24,980 nucleotides of DNA from Vicugna vicugna (Eukaryota): positions 248,001-272,980 of the forward strand of contig MU058839.1 in assembly GCA_013265495.1 (NCBI GenBank), read 5' to 3'. Under the pieces are notes generated by a model, which ran no database searches, had not been told where the DNA came from, and saw only the letters and a program-made list of their open reading frames with translations. Shown in pieces: positions 20,555-24,980 of this stretch (positions are counted from its first letter, which is position 1; each line of letters starts with the position of its first letter). A program made the translations under genes and the position numbers.

Positions 20555-23500
20555 TGTGTTAGGTAAATTGGATATTGGATATTTGGGAAAAAATGAACCT
20601 TGATTTTTTACCTGATACTATATTCAAAAGTTCACATGAGTTGGATCATAGATCTCAATGTGTAAAAGCTAATATTAATCAAGTTTCTAGAAGAAAACCT
20701 AAGAGAATATCTTCATCACCCTGGGATAGGTATAAATTTCTTAAATAGAACATAAAATTGATAGACTACAATAAATAACAAATTTCTATTCATGAAGACA
20801 TTATTAAAGAGAAAAGGCAAGCCACAGACTGCAAGAATTTACTCACACTAAGTAAATCTGGCAGAAAATACAAGTAACTTTTACAAATCAAAAAGAAAAA
20901 GGTAAACAACACAATTTTTTAAATATGCATAAAAGCAGACAGGCTCTTTATAAAAAAAAAGTCCAAAAGGCCAATATGCCTAGGTAAAGGTGCTCTACAT
21001 TATTACTCATCGGGGAAATGTCACAATGAGGTACCATCATATCCCTACCAGAATGGCTGAAATTAGAGGATGACAGTATCTAGTGTTATCAAGGATATGA
21101 AACAATATCAAGTGTTGCCAAGGATGTGAAACAACTGATACTTTAATATATTGCTGATGGGAATGTAAGTTGTTTCACTTTTCCAAACTGTCAGTATCTG
21201 TTACAGCTAATAAACATGGCTCTATACCGTGTCCCAGTAATTCTAGGTTATATACAACCAAGAAAGGTAAAAAAAAAAAAGTATTTTTATAACAATAAGA
21301 ATGAATCCGAAAACATTGTATTGAGCAAAAGTAGACACAAAATAATTAGTGATGTATGACGAAGTTTAAAATAGGAAAAACTAAACTAGGATAATGGAAG
21401 TCAACAGAGTGGTTGCCTTTGGGTTGAGAGGAGTCAGTGACTTGTAAGGGCAAGAGAGAACCCTCTAAAGTGATGGTGTATGTTTTGTATCTTGATCTAC
21501 ATAAAATTCATTGAATTATAATGTGTGCTTAAGAGTTTTATACTTTATTTTGTGTAAACAGTTCTTCAACAAATGATTTCAGAGACAAGGAGAATAATTT
21601 AAAAGTTTTCATCATGAAAATTTCCAAACAAATTTCTGTAGAGTACAAGGAACCTCCATGTACATACCATCTTGCTTCAGCATTTTGCCAGGCTTCTTGT
21701 TTCTGTTTTTCCCTAACCCGACACATACATGTTCCCCCCTCTCCCTTTTGTTTTGGTAGTAGCATACATCTAAGTGTCTGTCACAGATACATTAATTTAT
21801 TCTGAACACATTCTCTGATTCTTATCATCAAATGAAATTTGCTACCTTTTGGCATGTAGAACATTGAATTTTCTGTGTATTTCTTGTAAACCTTTTTTTT
21901 TTCTTTTCTTGGCTCATTGACATGAAAATAAATCTCTGCAACTTTTAAATTTTGAGCTAATTTGACTTCTGTATCTCAAAGGAGGGTGGGTTGAGTAGAG
22001 TTTTTTATTTGTGACACATCTGAATTAGAGATCTTCCTATTTAAATAAGAGGTAAATTTGAGGAATGTTCTTCATCTTGCTTTTTAATGGATTAATATTT
22101 TATTCTTTCATCTCAGTTTTTCTTTAACTTCTCCTCACTCTTTTCCCCGCTTAGTCAGTTATGCTCCCAGTAAACCACAGAAAATCTTTATTGTTCTAGT
22201 GTATTGGGTGTGGGATATATGCTCATTCAATTCTTCACAGATTTCTGTTGATAGTCTTAAAAAAGTATTTTGTAACACCTTTTTTTAAAAAACAGAAGCT
22301 GAAGTTTATAATAATCACTCAGTGAGATAGAGGCTTTATCAGAACAGAATTTGAAAATATAGGCTTTTATCTACTTAAATATAAAATTTTTGAATTATGT
22401 TTCTGATTACGTATATTTTATGTTTGAGTTAGGCTTTGTAATGTAATTTTCACTTTACCAATGCCAAGTTTGTTGCTCCTCTTTCACAATAGTTTACATA
22501 AAAGTTTTTAGAGAAGAGTAGTAATTAATTACGTTTAGCCCTCTCTCAGGTTACCTCTTGCTACCAGGAATACTAAACCCATTTCATCTCAAAAGTTTAA
22601 CAGTTGAACCTTACAGGTTGCTACACAAGAAAACTTCCAAGCCATGACTAGCAGACTCTGCAAATAGACAACTATAGAAATGATAAGAATTTCAAATTTT
22701 TTATAATTTTGATATTCTTTTACCCTTTAGCTATTGCTAACAATCTGACCTGATTCACCTATATTAGAGGATCACAACCTATTGCTGAATTTATAATTTA
22801 TATGGGAGAATGTGTTTGTGTACTTTTATTTGTGTTAATATATAGCTAGACGTGGCTAGATGGATAACGTATATAGTTAAACTTATTTGCAAAACTGTCA
22901 TCTTCTAACACATTTGAGTTAGTGATAGACAGTTAGCAATAGCTCGTGTTTAAATAAGGTGCTTAAATAAAAAAACTAAGCTTTTGCCAAACTTTAAAAA
23001 AAGCACAGGTTGCAGCTTTTAAAATAGTAAATAAATGGATTAATTTCAAAACAGGTGAAAGTCTTTTTATGTTACATGGTAAATTTTAGTTTTTAAAATT
23101 TAGAATAGGTTGTTGGGTTTAAAATATCTGAATGATCAAGAATTAGTATATCATCTTTAAAACACATTAATTATTAATTGTAGTGAACCATTATACATTT
23201 TTTAAATGAAGCTTATGTTCTTAGGGTTCACTTCTTTTAATGATGCCAGGGCTAAAATAACTATAGTGCTTGATGGAGAAGCAAAGATAGCATAATATGT
23301 AGTAGACTTCCAGTTGGTCACATACTCTAGACAACACTTCTCCCAATATAGTTGCTCATTTCCTCATAAATTATATGTGTATTGTTATCCTGAATCTTCA
23401 GGATGGTATATACTTAAGGCAGGGTTTTTCAAGAGGAGATGTAAATCTGTTTTCAAGCAGCCGTCTTGATAGTTTTGAGGGTTTTTTGACTGTCTTGTCC

Positions 23501-23629
23501 AATTCTACTGTATTTTTCGTCATTATTATGGGCTAGAAAAGAGCTTAATTAGGAGAAGTATTAGTTTTGCCATTTTTGTGTTGTGCTTGTATTATTAATA
23601 CATTTTTTTAATCCATGGTTTCTTTGTAG

Positions 23630-23747
23630 GAATCTTCTGCAGCTTATCCATTTTGTGGGTAAAAACTAAATCACATCCATAATTCCACTGTACTGGGCAC
23701 ACAGACACTGCCATTTATGTCACAGTATACTGAAAAAGAGCCAGCAG
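23630..23747 (+). other. PJA2: PJA2 exon 2 (87 nt of 5'UTR plus first 31 coding nt)
   Basis: Acceptor tttctttgtAG|G and consensus donor CAG|GTAAGC (GT 23748-23749). Confidence 0.9.
23717..23747 (+). CDS. PJA2: E3 ubiquitin-protein ligase Praja-2, first coding segment (MSQYTEKEPA, phase-1 intron; CDS continues beyond the window)
   Basis: ATG TCA CAG TAT ACT GAA AAA GAG CCA GCA G translates to MSQYTEKEPA, identical to the mammalian praja-2 N-terminus as I recall it (MSQYTEKEPAAMDQES...). Confidence 0.95.
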
Positions 23748-24004
23748 GTAAGCAAGGAGTCTCTGTCAGTTCCTCCACATTGAGGACTTTGTATTTCCCT
23801 CCAGAGTCCTTTAGTACCATAGGTGACACACGATCATGGTCTTACTTAGAGCCAGTTTCGATCTATATATTGAATATGTATAAAGCTTGATTTCTAATTT
23901 TTGATTAAAAATTGAGTTTAAGAAAAAATTCTTTTATTTTCTTTCTACACTCCTTTGATATCTATTGTGCTTTGCACTTTGGAAGCTCCTTTTTGGAGGT
24001 GTTG

Positions 24005-24160
24005 CTAAGGGTACTCGTTCTAGAGTCAACATTGGGTTACTGGACAAGATCTTAAGTAATTAATCTTAATCCTAATTTTTTGATCTTTAGAACAAAATAA
24101 CAGTATCTACCTCATAAGGTTTGTTAGGGGATGAAGTAACATAATGCAACACTTGGTATT
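24005..24160 (+). mobile_element. MIR SINE remnant
   Basis: tctagagtca...ataacagtatctacctcataaggtttgttaggggatgaagtaacataatgc matches the MIR core. Confidence 0.65.
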
Positions 24161-24677
24161 ATATGTTATGAATACATGTTTGTTTTCTTTGTGCTTAGAG
24201 GCAATTATATTTCTTATTTTAATGCCGTAAAGCAAAAACTAAGTAACTGTTTCATTTATTGACTATTCTATATACTGTGAGAATGTATTCTGTTTAGTGC
24301 CTGTACGATATATGTAAAATCCAACTGACTAAGCACATTTATACTATGTGTGTGAGATAATGTTCTACTTAGTAAAAGACACTTCTGTTTGCTACTGTAT
24401 ATCACTCAGGCATCAGAACTTAGTATTCAAGTTGTACACATGTTGGTGGCTTTTCTTACCATATGTATACCATTGGTAGTATTTAAAGGTGTTGAAGCAT
24501 ATGTTTGACTTGGCTCATCAGTATTTTCTTTTGGTGAATTTTACCAGACCCTAATCTTTGGGATATATTTTATTTGGTCCAGTTCATTTTTTATGATAGT
24601 ACAGATACCATTTAAAGAAATTACTTGTTACCTGTGACAGGAATGTATTCACTTTTATATCATATCGTGTGCGAGGA

Positions 24678-24775
24678 ATTCATTCAACAAATATGTATTG
24701 AGCACTTGTACATAAGGTACTTAGGTAATTTGGAGGATCATTCTCCAATCCTTGAGGAGCTTTTGCAGTTTAGTA
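24678..24775 (-). mobile_element. L2 LINE 3' end
   Basis: attcattcaacaaatatgtattgagcact is the classic antisense L2 tail. Confidence 0.7.
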
Positions 24776-24839
24776 ACTTGGCACATGGAAAAAAATTTTG
24801 GTAGGTATACGAATCTGAAATACCTTGAAAGAACCAAAC

Positions 24840-24980
24840 TTTTCTTTTTTTTAATTGAAATATAATCAGTTTACAATGTTGTCAATTTCTGGTGTACAGC
24901 ATAATGCCTCAGTCATACATATACAAACATATATCCATTTTCATATTCTTTTTCATTATAGATTACTACAAGATATTGAG
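24840..24980 (-). mobile_element. L1 3'-end fragment, cut by the window edge
   Basis: Poly-T, then aattgaaatataatcagtttacaatgttgtcaatttctggtgtacagc...ttttcatattctttttcattatag. Confidence 0.85.

Larger units (their letters stand above)
17370..21548 (+). mobile_element. Old L1M element, ORF2 endonuclease to 3'UTR, with nested insertions
   Basis: Sense L1 motifs gacctaattgacatttatagaaca, ccaggctcagatggcttcactggt, ggaatacaaggttggtt, gaatttagcaag, gaaaaggcaagccacagact, then a 3'UTR at ~21290-21548. Confidence 0.88.
10983..23629 (+). other. PJA2: PJA2 intron 1 (~12.6 kb, L1-rich)
   Basis: GT donor at 10983 and pyrimidine-rich acceptor ggtttctttgtAG at 23628-23629. Confidence 0.8.

Noticed and set aside
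13638..21805. Hydrophobic Phe/Leu/Ile-rich short ORFs that look like membrane peptides
   Set aside because: Expected translation products of T-rich antisense L1 and Tigger sequence.
1..24980. Novel multi-gene system, CRISPR array or prokaryote-type operon
   Set aside because: The window is eukaryotic intergenic and intronic DNA explained by the PJA2 5' end plus transposons; no repeat-spacer array or unexplained coding region was seen.

Overview
Mammalian genomic DNA, most likely a camelid: it carries a Vic-1-like tRNA-derived SINE and young camelid-type L1 3' ends. The window holds the 5' end of PJA2 (praja-2 RING E3 ubiquitin ligase) on the + strand. A CpG-island promoter (~10400-11580) contains non-coding exon 1, which ends at 10982. 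A 12.6-kb L1-rich intron 1 follows, then exon 2 (23630-23747) encoding MSQYTEKEPA. The remainder is mostly decayed transposons (L1, MaLR/ERV LTR, MER5, Tigger1, MIR, L2), and the supplied ORFs are transposon debris or GC-rich artefacts. I see no evidence for a novel gene system. The most notable observations are a perfect 46-bp templated insertion copied from 1.2 kb away, a head-to-head L1 pair broken at nearly the same ORF2 position, a SINE sitting on a ~2-kb L1 deletion, and the weak start-codon context of PJA2. Repeat family names come from recalled consensus sequences, not a database search, and repeat boundaries are approximate.
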